A stretch of DNA of 63,119 nucleotides, counting the filler, from Hausera hauseri (taxonomy: Eukaryota), in the NCBI GenBank assembly GCA_046269625.1. It is 10 parts of 10 records of this genome, joined end to end, with 100 filler letters (N's around TTAATTAATTAA, not from the genome) between each part and the next. Parts side by side here need not be neighbours in the genome. Positions count along the whole stretch, not along the records: positions 48,030 to 57,415 come from JBJURY010393256.1; positions 57,516 to 63,119 come from JBJURY010222743.1; 8 more parts are not named here. The stretch is one strand, 5' to 3'. A program made the position numbers and the translations under genes. Positions 48,030 to 59,469 of this stretch are shown piece after piece. The notes under the pieces are model-generated. The model was given only the letters and a program-made list of their open reading frames with translations, was not told the origin of the DNA and did no database searches. Numbering within the stretch: position 1 is the stretch's first letter; every line of letters begins with the position of its first letter.

Positions 48030-50469
48030 AAAAAAAACTGAAAGATATTAAAAATTTTATTTGTTATTGAAAAAGATACAAAATTATTTACTCACAGCAC
48101 AATTATAGGCATTTTTACAGGTAAAATAATCCAAAAAATACCAGGCGGAAATTTGAGTCATTTTGAGCCTTTGGGGTTAAAGGGTTAAAGCTGGTTCAAC
48201 TCAGAACTCCTCAGACCATCTCAGGTAGCATCTGGGTCCATCAGGACCCATTAATGTGGAGCAGAAACCTGGTTTCTGTCACCCTTTTTCCCTTCATAAT
48301 AAAACAACTTTATTTTATATTAAATATCTTATTATTCCATTTTTCCCTAACAGACTCTTCACTCTCAGGCTGTAGGTTTAATTGTGGTTCCTATAGTTTG
48401 TAAAAGTAACAAGAAGGCAGAGATTTCAGTCATCAGGCTCGTCTATTCCTCCAGTTTCCATCCATGAGGCTGAAACTCAGTAGACTGAAGATATTTGTTG
48501 ATAAATCTAATAGTTCAGGTTGGTTTCCTGAATAATCCCTTGGTTCTGCTGCTATAGGCTCTGCTGCTTGCTCTGCTCTACTTGTTCATAATCATTTCAA
48601 TCATTAACAGGTTTGAATCTCTTCTGATAGAAACACCTGGACTAAAGAAGCTTTAAAAATATCTATAAAAAATGTTTTAACAGTGTATTTATGTAGGTAG
48701 GTACATACTGAATGCATACGACCAAACCAAAACCTGAAAATATTAATTTCACGTCCCTTTTTTTTTATAAATAACCACCTCGTGGATTATTTCGCAGTAA
48801 TCTGTAGCTGGTTTCAGCCTCTCAGCTCTGGCGCAGTTCCACTCTGTAGCTTCGTAATTACAAGCTGACAAGAGGAGAGAGAGAGAGAAAAAAAAAGTCT
48901 TTAATTTTATCAGACGTCTTCCAGGTTCTTGACTCCGTTATTAGAAGAGAAACAAACAGCTGATAATTGTGAAGCTGAGCACCCGTCGTCTTTATTATCC
49001 TGAATATTCCACCGGTCGCACGCAGGAATCACCTGCTCGCTCCGTTCACCCGCCTTTAATTAGAGAGAAACAACCGGATCATTTAAGGCGCCGACAGACA
49101 GACGTGTTCTGGATCGGTCTCACCTGCCAGCCCCCCCCTCCTGGACTCTGACTCATATATCCTGCCTGCGGTTTGTCCTCGGTCCCTTCGGCTGAAATGT
49201 CAGAGCGAGCAGAGACTGAAGGTGAAGGAAGACCTGGATGTCTGAGCTGCATGCAGAGGAGCCATCTTTGTGCCCCCCCGCCCTCATCACCGCCCGTTTG
49301 TCTTCATTCAGACACATGTCATCAGCGTGTTCCTTCACACAAGTCAAAACAAATAAATTGCTGCGGCAGCTCTGACACACCTGACCCTCACCTGCCTGCA
49401 TGGACGCCACATCGACCCCTCCCCTCAAAACCAAACGCTGGTTATTTTGAGAGCGATTTCGCCTCGCGTACGGCAGGTACCGCCACCTCTGAAAGCTGAG
49501 GAGGCAAAGACGGAGTTAGACTTTTACAGTTTTCCACTCAGTGACAGAGCGTCTTCACGCTCCACGTGCTTCCCTCCTCTTCCTCCCCTCGCTCCATTTT
49601 AATTCGCCTCCTTCCCGCTGCAGCTCGGTGAATTTCCTGCGCCTGGAGGATCGAGGCAGAATCCCCCCCCTCCCTCCCCGACGATGCCCGTAGTAGCGCC
49701 TGAGAGGGACTGAGCGCGTCCTGCTGCCCCTCCTCCTCCTCCTCCTGTCTGTCACTCTCCCACCATCCCCGACTGAAGCGATGAAGAAGCCCTTCCTCCT
49801 TCCTCCTCTCCCCCGCTGCCGTTTCCTCTCGCTCGGTACAGCGTGTTCGCTGACAGCCATATGATATCACCAGCTTTCCTCATATGGGGAGAGGCGGGTT
49901 GCCATGACGACGGCAGACTCCACCTGTTTCTCCACCTTTTTACTCCGTTAGGAGACGGATGGTTCTGATGGAACCTGAGTGGGAGGAAGAGGAAGCGAGA
50001 CGGACAGACAGCCGCCGACTTAAAGTTCAACAACCTATAAGATTTATGAAAAAATTAACATTTATTTAGCATCTGCTGCCTTCCACAGCAAAGTTTTAAA
50101 CTAAAAAACCAGGAGCAGCAACGAGGCGCGGTGAGCTCCGAGGGAGAAAAGGCTCACGTGTGGAAACAGAAAGCACTCAGACAGCTGAAAGCTCCCGAGG
50201 CTGCACTCTGCTGGTTCTGAGGAGGTGGATCTTCATCCAAACACAAACACCCCATCATTTATTCAGTCAGCAGCTTAGCTTCTGGATGAAATATTTAAAA
50301 ATGCAAAACAAACCTTCATGTTGATGTGAACGTTATTGATTTGTTTTGGTCTGTTAAATAAATCTTGTTTCATGTAATGCAGGGAAAAAAGAAATTCAGA
50401 ATAAATATCATGTTTTCTGTAGTAATACATCAATACAATCCAGCACTTACAGGACAGTGTTTGGAGACT

Positions 50470-51030
50470 CACAGGATACCTACTGGGATTTGACCAAAAT
50501 ACTTACTGAGTGCCTACAGGATACGGCCTATATACTCAGAGTACTCCTGGTTATTCACATGGAAAAAGACAGGTACTAAAATTGCATATGAAGAGTACCT
50601 GGTAGCTACAAGGCAATACATGGGTTGCAGCAAGATACAGGGTACTTAAAGGAGTACAAACAGGGTACCTAAAGGGGTATTACCTGGACACCTACAGGGG
50701 TACTAACTGGGCACCTATAGAAGTACTAATGTGGCACCTACAGAGGTACAAACACGGTACCTAAAGGTGTTCAAATAGGGTACCCACAGGGGTACAAACA
50801 CAGTACCTAAAGGGGCATTACCTGGACACCTACAGGGGTACAAACACGGTACCTAAATGTGTACAAATATGGTACAAAAAGGGTTATTAACTGGGCACCT
50901 ATAGGAGTTCTAACTAGGTACCTACAGGTGTACTAACTGTGTACCTACAGGGGCACAAACAGGGTCCCTACAGGGGTGCAAAGAGGGTACCTACAAGGGT
51001 AAAAATAGGGTGAGTAAAGGGGTAAAAACG
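50470..51030 (+). repeat. Degenerate minisatellite (~22-nt GGGTACCTACAGGGGTACAAACA-like unit)
   Basis: Repeated gtacct/cctacagggg/tacaaac units. Confidence 0.75.
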
Positions 51031-51157
51031 AGGACTGCCTCAGTAATTAACTGTTTTTCCAAAGATTAAAAAGAAAACCTTGGTTTCATAGATTTTCTGA
51101 TTTTGTTTTAAATTGTGTGTTTGGACACCTAATTTTAAAAATGTGACTTGTTTAAAG

Positions 51158-51203
51158 TAATAATAATAATAATAATAATACAATAATAGTAATAATAATA
51201 ATA
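51158..51203 (+). repeat. (AAT)n microsatellite at the truncated 3' end of the LINE
   Basis: Directly visible. Confidence 0.9.
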
Positions 51204-51204
51204 C

Positions 51205-53953
51205 AATGTTAATATGTGCAGTGAAGGATAGTGTGGTGTCAAGGATGACACCTAAGTTCTTGACCTGGAGCGAGGGCGAAAGAGTGGAGTTGTTAATTGA
51301 CAGGAAAGGATTTTGGTATTTAGAGAGAGTATTTTTTGTCCCGACAAGGAGGAGTTAAGTTTTGTCATGGTTGAGCTGGAGGAAGTTGTTAGAGAACCAG
51401 TTATTGAGCTCGGTGAGGCAGTCATTAAGAGTGGAGTTAGGTAAGGAAGAGTTTGGCTTGGTGGAGATGTACAGTTGGGTGTCGTCAGCATATGAGTGGA
51501 AATGGACGCAGAATTTCCGAAAGATGTAACCTAGAGGAAGCAGGTAAATGATGAACAGTAGTGGCCCGAGGACAGAACCTTGTGGAACACCGGTGGAGAT
51601 GGGTGAAGGGTGGGAGCGGAAGGACTTTAGTTGAACAAACTGTGTGCGGTCAGAAAGATATGATCTAAACCAGTCCAGGGGGGTGTCTGAGATGCCGATG
51701 GAGTTCAGTCGGTCGATGAGGATTGGATGAGAAACAGTGTCAAATGCAGAGCTGAGGTCGAGTAGGATTAATATTGTCAGAAGTCCAGAGTAGGCGGCAA
51801 GAAGAAGATCATTAGTAATTTTAATTAGAGCAGTTTCGGTGCTGTGATGGGGTCGAAAGCCTGATTGAAACTGTTCGTAGAGGTTATTGCTGGGGAGGTG
51901 TGCATGAAGCTGGTTAGCGACGATCTTTTCAAGGACTTTGGAGATGAAGGGCAGATTAGAAATTGGGCGGAGGTTATTGAAATTAGTTGGGTCAAGGGCA
52001 GTTTTCTTTATGATGGGGGTGATGGCAGCTGATTTAAAAGCTGTGGGAACAGTACCTGTGGTTAGAGACCAGTGAATTATGTTAGTGATGGTAGTAATCA
52101 GAGAGGGAAGACATGATTTAACCAGAGCTGTGGGGATGGGATCAAGCTGGGAGGAGAATGAGTTACATTTCCTGATGATGACAGAGATGTCAGCAGCAGA
52201 GGGGAGAGTAAAGACAGCGAGGGGGGTGGAGGGGGGTGCGAGTTCAATAAAGGTGTTAGGGGCAGAGTTTGGCCCAAGGTGTTGGTGTATTTTGTGAATT
52301 TTTTGGGTGAAGAATGACATGAGGGAGTTACAGCAGTCAGTAGTGAGCATGTGAGCGGGTAGAGAGTTCGGAGATGAAACTGTGCGATTAAGGAGAGAGA
52401 AAAGAGTTTGTGTGTTACCTGCATTGGAACTGATGATACCAGAGAAATAGTTTGATTTGGCCTGAGTGACACTTTCCTTGTATTGTAAGGTGTGGTCAAT
52501 ATACATTTCTCTGTGAACAGCAAGTCCTGACTTTTTGTAGAGTCGCTCCAGTCTGCGACCTTGTGTTTTCATGGAGTGAAGTTCGGATGGTGAACCAGGG
52601 TGCAGAGGTGTTGAAGGAGACGGAACGGCTTTTAAGGGGAGTAAGAGAGTCTAGGATGTTGGTAAGACTATTGTTGTAAGTGGAGACTAGGTCATCTAGG
52701 TTGGTTGAGTTAGAGGTGGAGAGATGGTTATTTATCTGTGAGATGAGAGCTTCTCGGTCAATGTTCTTGATGTTACGAAACTGAATAGTGCGTTGTGGTC
52801 TGAGAGAGGAGAATTTTAAATTTAAGCTGAAAGAGAGCAACAGGTGATCAGTAAAAGGAAGTTCATCTGAAGAGCAGTTAAGAGGTGACAGTCCAGAGCA
52901 GCATAATAAGTCCAAAATGTGCCCCTTAGTGTGTGTTGGGAAATTGATGAACTGCTGGAGGCCACAGCTGTCGAGGCAGGAGGTAAATTCTCTGGTGAGA
53001 GGGTTGCTGGCTACATCCATGTGAATGTTGAAGTCTCCTAGTAGGACAATGTTGGGTGAGAGAGCTGAGAGGTGGGTGAGAAAAGCAGCAAAGTCATTCA
53101 TGAAAGAGTTGTTTTGTTTGGGTGGGCGATAAACAGTGGCGACAATGGTGGGGGTGGGGCCGGAGAGTAGGCACACAGTCTGCTCAAAGGAGGGGGAGGG
53201 GGGGGTGTGGACCGGGGTGACTTTCCAGTTCTCGCGGTGAATTATCGCGAGACCTCCTCCGCGCCCGGTCTCACGGGATTTGGCGATGTAAACAAACCCA
53301 GGTGGTGTTGCTTCGTTGAGATGGGTGAAGTCGTTCTGTTGTTGCCAAGTTTCAGTTAAGCAGAGAAAATCCATTTTACGGTCAGAGATAAGGTCCTTAA
53401 TGAGCTGACCTTTGCCGGTGAGAGACCGAACGTTTAAGAGCCCAAAGTTAACAGTCGAGGAGGTGGAGGCGACTGGAGGGTTAGCCGACCGAGCTAGGTT
53501 AGCTAACGTGCTATTGTTAGCGGCCCGGGTGTTGCGGCGTGGAGGACGGTCCGACCAGACGGGGTTTGTGGGCTCGCTGGTGGAGAATCTGCGGCGGTGG
53601 CCACGGTGTATATATCGTCGACGGGGCTGAAAGGTGATGTCCCGAGGAAGTGGTGGCGGTGGAGGTACGGCCGGTACGAAGCGTAGGCGGAGTAGTTCTG
53701 GTGCCGTGTAATGGAGGAGTCCGGACACCGGGAGGTGCTGGGTGAGCAGCTGGAGGGTCCAGACCAGAGCGGGCAGCAGGTAAATCCTATTAATCCACAT
53801 GGTTGAAATTGGGATGAAGCAGGGACTTGTCGTAAGGATCCACGAGTAAAAAGATCAGTGTAGGAGTGATAAAATAGTAAATTAAACCAAAAGAACAGGA
53901 GTCCGGTGAGCAGCGGCAGCCAGGTGCGCACAGCGTTCACTCACCGGAAGTGG
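51205..53953 (-). mobile_element. L2/CR1-clade non-LTR retrotransposon (APE endonuclease plus RT), frameshifted and 3'-truncated
   Basis: GLLNVRSL, LCLTETW, GGGLA, VYRPP, LGDFNIH, TDH; RPISNL, QSGFR, LDLSSAFDTV, GVPQGSVLGP, YADDTQ, NLGVILD. Confidence 0.95.
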
Positions 53954-54265
53954 CCTAGTTTACTAAAACAGGTAAAAATCAAACATTAACATGACTTATT
54001 TCACATAGCAGTCTTCTGATTTACTTTGTGTATGCTGACCGTTTTATAAAGGACTTTCTGTAAAATTTCCCTATAGCAGGGATTATATCAAATATTCAGA
54101 AATAAAATATAAACAGGTTGCATCAAGTGCAGATAAAATCAGAAAACATGTTTTTTTAAATAGATTTTTTGTAGAGTATTGAAGACCTGCTGAATGTGTT
54201 TCTATGAAGGTTTAAAGATGAGCGTTAAATGTTTTGGTTGCAGGATTCAGTTTGTGTTCTGGTAC

Positions 54266-54573
54266 CTGTCGTCCGCCTGCAGTGGAGCCGTGAGACATGC
54301 TCCCAGGACTGTTGGAATATTTGTTCTTCTGCAGCTCCATCGGGGCGTCCCGCTGACGCTCCACGTCCACCTTGTGGATGCTGTTCAGGGCCTCCAGGCT
54401 TTTGGCCGCCACAGAGTTGTGCCGGCGGTCCAGCGAGGACGACATGAAGCCGCCGTTGCTGCTGTTCTGGAAGTGGCGGGCCCCTCGGCCGCCGCCGGCA
54501 GCCAGCGTGTGGAAATCCCGCGGGAACTCTGCATCACCGGCAGAGATCATGGGATCCTTTCTCTTCTCTCGGC
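54266..54573 (-). CDS. srcin1: Internal exon of a teleost SRCIN1 (p140Cap)-like gene
   Basis: PMISAGDAEFPRDFHTL..DRRHNSVAAKSLEALNSIHKVDVERQRDA resembles SRCIN1 PMLSADDAEYPREYRTL..ERRHTVIAAQSLEALSGLQKADADRKRDA; flanked by a cag acceptor and a gt donor. Could be a paralog. Confidence 0.75.
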
Positions 54574-55232
54574 CTGCAGACAGAAGAAGACAGGAAGTGA
54601 AAACATGAAGATTCTAGATGACGTAGAATCTAAAACACAAAGACATGAGCTGTGTGAAGCTGTAGTGATCTTTAATTTTTTATATAAATTATTTTATTGG
54701 ACTAATTGTAGAAACAAACCACCTTTCAGCTTTACATAATGAGGCACGATCGAACTGATCAGGGTCTACAAGTGTTCATATCAAACCTCAAATGAACAAA
54801 GACAACAGAGTCCACGGAGTCATTATTTATCAAACAAAAACTGGGTCCAGACCCTGGTCCAGACCTTGGTCCTGCAGCTTCTATAACCTCCTTTAGCGGT
54901 GGGATTCTGTTTCAGTCTCTCATGGTTGTGGAGGACATTTGGTCCAATCTTCTTTCCATTGTTGCTTCAGTTTGTTTTTAAGGTTTCTGGTCTCTGAATG
55001 TCCCACCACAGTTTCAGTCAGATTCAGGTTCTGGACCCTGACTGGACCTTGGTTCTTTTTGTTTTGATCCAGTCAGCTGATGTGTTTGGCATTGTGGTTC
55101 TGTTGGACCCAGTTTGAATCAGCTGCCAACACTGATGAACTCATCACACACGTCACAGACCTGCATGTTTTACTGGTTTCTCTGCTTCAACACGCCTGTT
55201 TTGAATGAATGGATGATTGTCAGACTTCTGTA

Positions 55233-55584
55233 GTGTGGAGGACCAAAACTGACATAATTAAAAATAAAAAGCATTAATACTTAAAGAAACAAATAAATAA
55301 TTAAAGACACTTAAAATGGACAAATTAAATTAAAAAGCGAGACCTTTACATCGTGATTTATAATTTAATTGACCTTCATATTTATTTTTCCAGCGTATTT
55401 CCAACAAATGATATATTTTACCACATAATTAACATTTTAATGTTTTTAAAAATATATATTTCAAATAAAGTTCTCCTTTTTTATTTGTATTTATGCATTT
55501 TAAGTGCATTTATTTATTTATTTGTTGGTCCATTTCTATATTTCTGCTTTTATTTCTAATTATGTCAGTTTCGGTCCTCCATAC
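55233..55584. mobile_element. MITE with ~40-bp TIRs nested in an older non-autonomous DNA element (~55157-55693)
   Basis: gtgtggaggaccaaaactgacataatta versus reverse complement gtatggaggaccgaaactgacataatta. Confidence 0.7.
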
Positions 55585-56223
55585 TGCAGAACCTGAAAGA
55601 GGTAATTCACCGACTGAATCAGGTGTTGGAGCAGGGAAAAAAATTAAAACATGTAGGGCTGCGGCCCTCGAGGACCAGGACTGCCCACCACTGGTCTAGA
55701 GGGAAGTTTGTGGTTCAGTTATCAAACCATCAGCCCTCCACCACCGTGCTGACAGCTGGGAGGAGCTGATGCTGCAGTGCATTCTGGGTAACTTTGATCA
55801 GGTTCTGGTCTAAAATGTCTTGTGGATCCTTCACATGAAATTAAGTTATGATGCCATGCTGCTTTTAGAGAGAAGAGGTCATGACCTTTGACCTTTAGCC
55901 TGCTGACTGAGGTCTGAGATGGAGGTCACTGCACAGCCTGACCTTCAGGGTGAAAACTGTCACCTCTTCTAAATATGAATGATCTTTCTGTAGAACGATG
56001 GGCTCTATACGACCTTTGACCCTCACAGGCAGCAACGGTGGCTTCTCTGAGACTGGCGCTGATGTTTCACCACCTGTATGTGCACCTACAGGTGGTCCCA
56101 CTGATGAAGAGTTAAAAGAACAGATCAGTCCGCAGAACGATTAATCAGAAGTGACGTGGAGCTTTGAGCAGAGTGTTGATCCTTGCCAAGATCACAGAAC
56201 TAGCAGCACAAACTAAATGTTAA

Positions 56224-56507
56224 CTAGGGCTGCAGGCAGCTAACGATTATCTTAGTATTCAATTAATCTATCGATTATTCTGACGATTAATCGGATATAA
56301 GACATGTTCTACAGTAGTTACTTAAGCTTATTTAGTGAGAAAATCTATTATTTAATATTGTGAAGGGGTAATCTACACTTGCTGATCACCCTGCTGCAAT
56401 CAAAGTAAAATTATAATACCAGCTGTATTAATGTGTGCATTTTAAGCTCCATTTACTTGTATGTATGTATGTATGTATGTATGTATGTATGTATGTATGT
56501 ATGTATG

Positions 56508-56538
<31 letters not shown>

Positions 56539-57415
56539 TGTGAGGTTTGAGGAGGCATTAATTTAAATCACTCTGTCATTGAATCATTTTTAACCATCAC
56601 AGAATTATCTAAATGCTTTAAACTTGTTATGGATTAGAAAACTGAAGGTCACTTTTTTGGTTGGAAATTTAATAAGTAAAATGGGTAATATAAACATTTA
56701 GGTGCTACAAATGAGTTTTCTAGAGTTCACTCGTTAGTTGTAACAAAACAATTAATATTCTTTTTAAGACTGGTATTAGATTGGTGCAGGGACCCATTTA
56801 GGCAATAAAAGACTTCAGTAATGAAGGCTAAAGTCATAAAAAGCAGCAGCAAATAATTAAAATAAGATCCAGCTATCTTCTATAAATACTTTTAAACTTG
56901 AAATATTCACTCCAAGTATCTCATTTAAATTAAGATAAAAGCATATCAACAAATAAACATGTTTCAGCTCAAGCTGTCAATCTGTTGCTGTGCTTTTATT
57001 TTTATCTGACAAACTTACAGTAAGTATTGTTTTTATCACAACTTACACACTGTTTAATAAAACCTGCCAGGTCACCATGATTAGTCAGCACTCAGCACAA
57101 ATAACGTTAGTTAAATAAACCTCCTCCTTCTACATCTGTAACATGACAGATTATCACAGATGTAGGGAACCGAAGGGAACGTGAACAAATACTTGTTAAC
57201 TCCGGACGTGTTCGGCACATGCAGCAGCTGTTTTTGTTCCGGTTCAGAAACATAGAGGATGTAGAACGTGTTGCGCGTCGTCGTCTTTTCTGTTTAATTT
57301 TAATTGTTCCCGTGCTTTTTAAGATGTGTCGTTTTCTGAGCGCTTCATTTTGGAGCTCTTCGTCTTCTTCTAAAGCTAAATATAGCGCCTAGGAAGCGTA
57401 CACGCGTCGACGGTG
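56224..57415. mobile_element. Probable hAT-like non-autonomous element, truncated by the contig end
   Basis: Starts ctagggctgcag with cgattaatcg-type subterminal repeats. Confidence 0.4.
56458..56536 (+). repeat. (TGTA)n microsatellite
   Basis: Directly visible. Confidence 0.95.
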
Positions 57416-57515
57416 NNNNNNNNNNNNNNNNNNNNNNNNNNNNNNNNNNNNNNNNNNNNTTAATTAATTAANNNNNNNNNNNNNNNNNNNNNNNNNNNNN
57501 NNNNNNNNNNNNNNN
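57416..57515. other. Artificial contig spacer
   Basis: Ns plus TTAATTAATTAA. Confidence 0.99.
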
Positions 57516-57595
57516 TGCAAACTTTTCATGGTCAACTAATTAAATTCAATCAGTGTGATTATAAATTGAATCTAATTATTTGCAGTTCTGACAAA

Positions 57596-58633
57596 ATGAC
57601 AAAACGAAACAATTATCAGTGCCAAACTCCCAAATTGGGAAGCCTTAATCAAACTACAAAGCAAGTTACAAATGAAAAACTAGCAGATTCTAGACGAGAA
57701 AACATAACCCGAAAGATTCAATTTACCACATTACCATCTTATCATGAAATCAGGCGCCTCTCTGTCGCAGAACGAAACATGATCATCGCATTCTACGAAA
57801 GGATAATTGAACATTCTGAAAAAAAGATATACAAAGTCGGAGAAATTCCGAACTATTTCAAATATGGAGAACTTCGCAACAAACAATTAATTCCCCTCAA
57901 AATAGTTAGAATCGACAAGATATCAACTACCAAAGATAACTGAAAATAGTAATGGATTCACAATACATGTAGCCTTGGGAAAAGTTGAAATAAAATTCCA
58001 CAAATCAAATGAGGATACCGATAACGCAAGTCAGAATTCCAATAATGATTTGAGAGAAGTTATACATAGTCAAGAATCAATTCAGATTAACTATCCCCTG
58101 GAATCAAGCCGCATACAATTGGTAACAAAAGAAATGATGACCATCGGACTACTGGAAATATTCAAGACAGAAGTAATTCACCATTGGCCAGAACCGATGA
58201 AATTCGAAGAGGAACCAACAGAAAAGGAATTAAAAAAAATCCTAATATTTTAATGACAAGCAAAGCGAGAACCACGCGATATATAGCAGTCTCCTTCTCG
58301 TATGGATTCAAATCAGATCGAACTCAGCTGACGTTACCAGTGGAAATTATAATTATCTTTCATGAATTTATATCTCCAAGAAGAATGATTAATAATTTGA
58401 ATAAGGCCAGACATGGAGTTGATTGGGATCAAATTAATAGCGAATTGGACTCTCCAAAAGCACAGGCTGAATTTACCAAATACATAATTCGATTTAAAAT
58501 CGTTGCTTTGGAGAGGCACACAAAGTTTTTAAAGCTTCGTGTTATTTATTGGGTGGGTCCTATTCGACTCCCACTATATAACAATATTTTCACTCAAAGT
58601 TTAAAATTTACTATGCAGGTCCGTCTACCGTAA
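57596..58633 (+). pseudogene. Diverged paralog of the KVGEIPN-domain plus pseudo-DEDDh cargo ORF
   Basis: KVGEIPN is shared with ORF 61349..61780. RYIAVSFSYG..PVEI..FISPR..HGVDWDQIN aligns with RIVAINYEEG..AIEI..IINPR..TGIKREQLN. Confidence 0.55.
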
Positions 58634-58762
58634 TCGAATAGACTGACTGTACACTAACTATTTAGATCACTGTGCGGTATGTATATGCGTGTGATTTGTG
58701 CAAATAGATTAGATATAGTTCTCACTCTTAGCTATTGATTTTTCTCTTGATTTTGACCTTAA

Positions 58763-59225
58763 TGTAGTCGAATCACCCTTAGGGGGCTATGAGAAACTAT
58801 AGATAAATTGAACAACAAAGAAAATATACCTAAAACGTTAATCACGATATACAATACACTTTCAGAATACGCTTGATTTAGAAGCAACAACAGAAGAATC
58901 AAATTTCAGTCTCAAATTTGAACCGCACATTTTTGAATTTATACACTGCAACTTCGTTATGACTTTTCGTTTTCGTTAGCTCTTTATATAGCTTTTCTAG
59001 CTCATCTATTGTTTATTTCATTAATGATTTAATTCAGTTTTTTTATTTTCTTTGTAGCAAAATTCTATTGCGTTCGTTAGTAATTCATTTACATAACAAA
59101 ACTACAGTATTCTCTACTAGAATTTCCATTATATAACTGATTAATAAATTACAATTCTAGATAATGAATAGCAATACTACTTAAATATGTACAATATACA
59201 CATTGTCATTACAATTTTCTCCCCC
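58763..59225 (-). mobile_element. PPT (59216-59225) and putative ~450-bp 3' LTR (58763-59213)
   Basis: Minus strand GGGGGAGAAAA-T-TGTAATG...TATATAAAG...GACTACA, giving TGTA..TACA termini; the distal end is inferred. Confidence 0.65.
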
Positions 59226-59469
59226 GCTATTCATACTATTTCCTTATTATAACATATCTCCTCCCTGAACGGCATCCTCGGATGTGCCCATTGCGTCAGG
59301 AAAGGTGCCGCGGTGACGGGGGCTTCGTAACAATTCCGTCCGCTGGCTTAGGCTGGGTCCAGAACTGGTACTGGGCTAGCGTTCTCTGGGGTTCGGCTCC
59401 AACTCATAACTGTGGTAGAGTTTGATTCTAATTATTCGGGTGTAACTACCATTTGAGTAGTACTTTAGG

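Noticed and set aside
48969-50033. GC-rich overlapping ORFs as genes
   Set aside because: No domain and no clear splice frame. Possibly an alternative first exon or regulatory region of the fish gene, but unsupported.
50470-51030. CRISPR-like array
   Set aside because: Degenerate tandem units without unique spacers, in a eukaryotic context with no cas genes.
6387-57515. Regularly recurring TTAATTAATTAA palindromes as a biological repeat or CRISPR-like array
   Set aside because: They are always centred in 100-nt N blocks and are assembly linkers. Gene neighbourhoods across them are meaningless.
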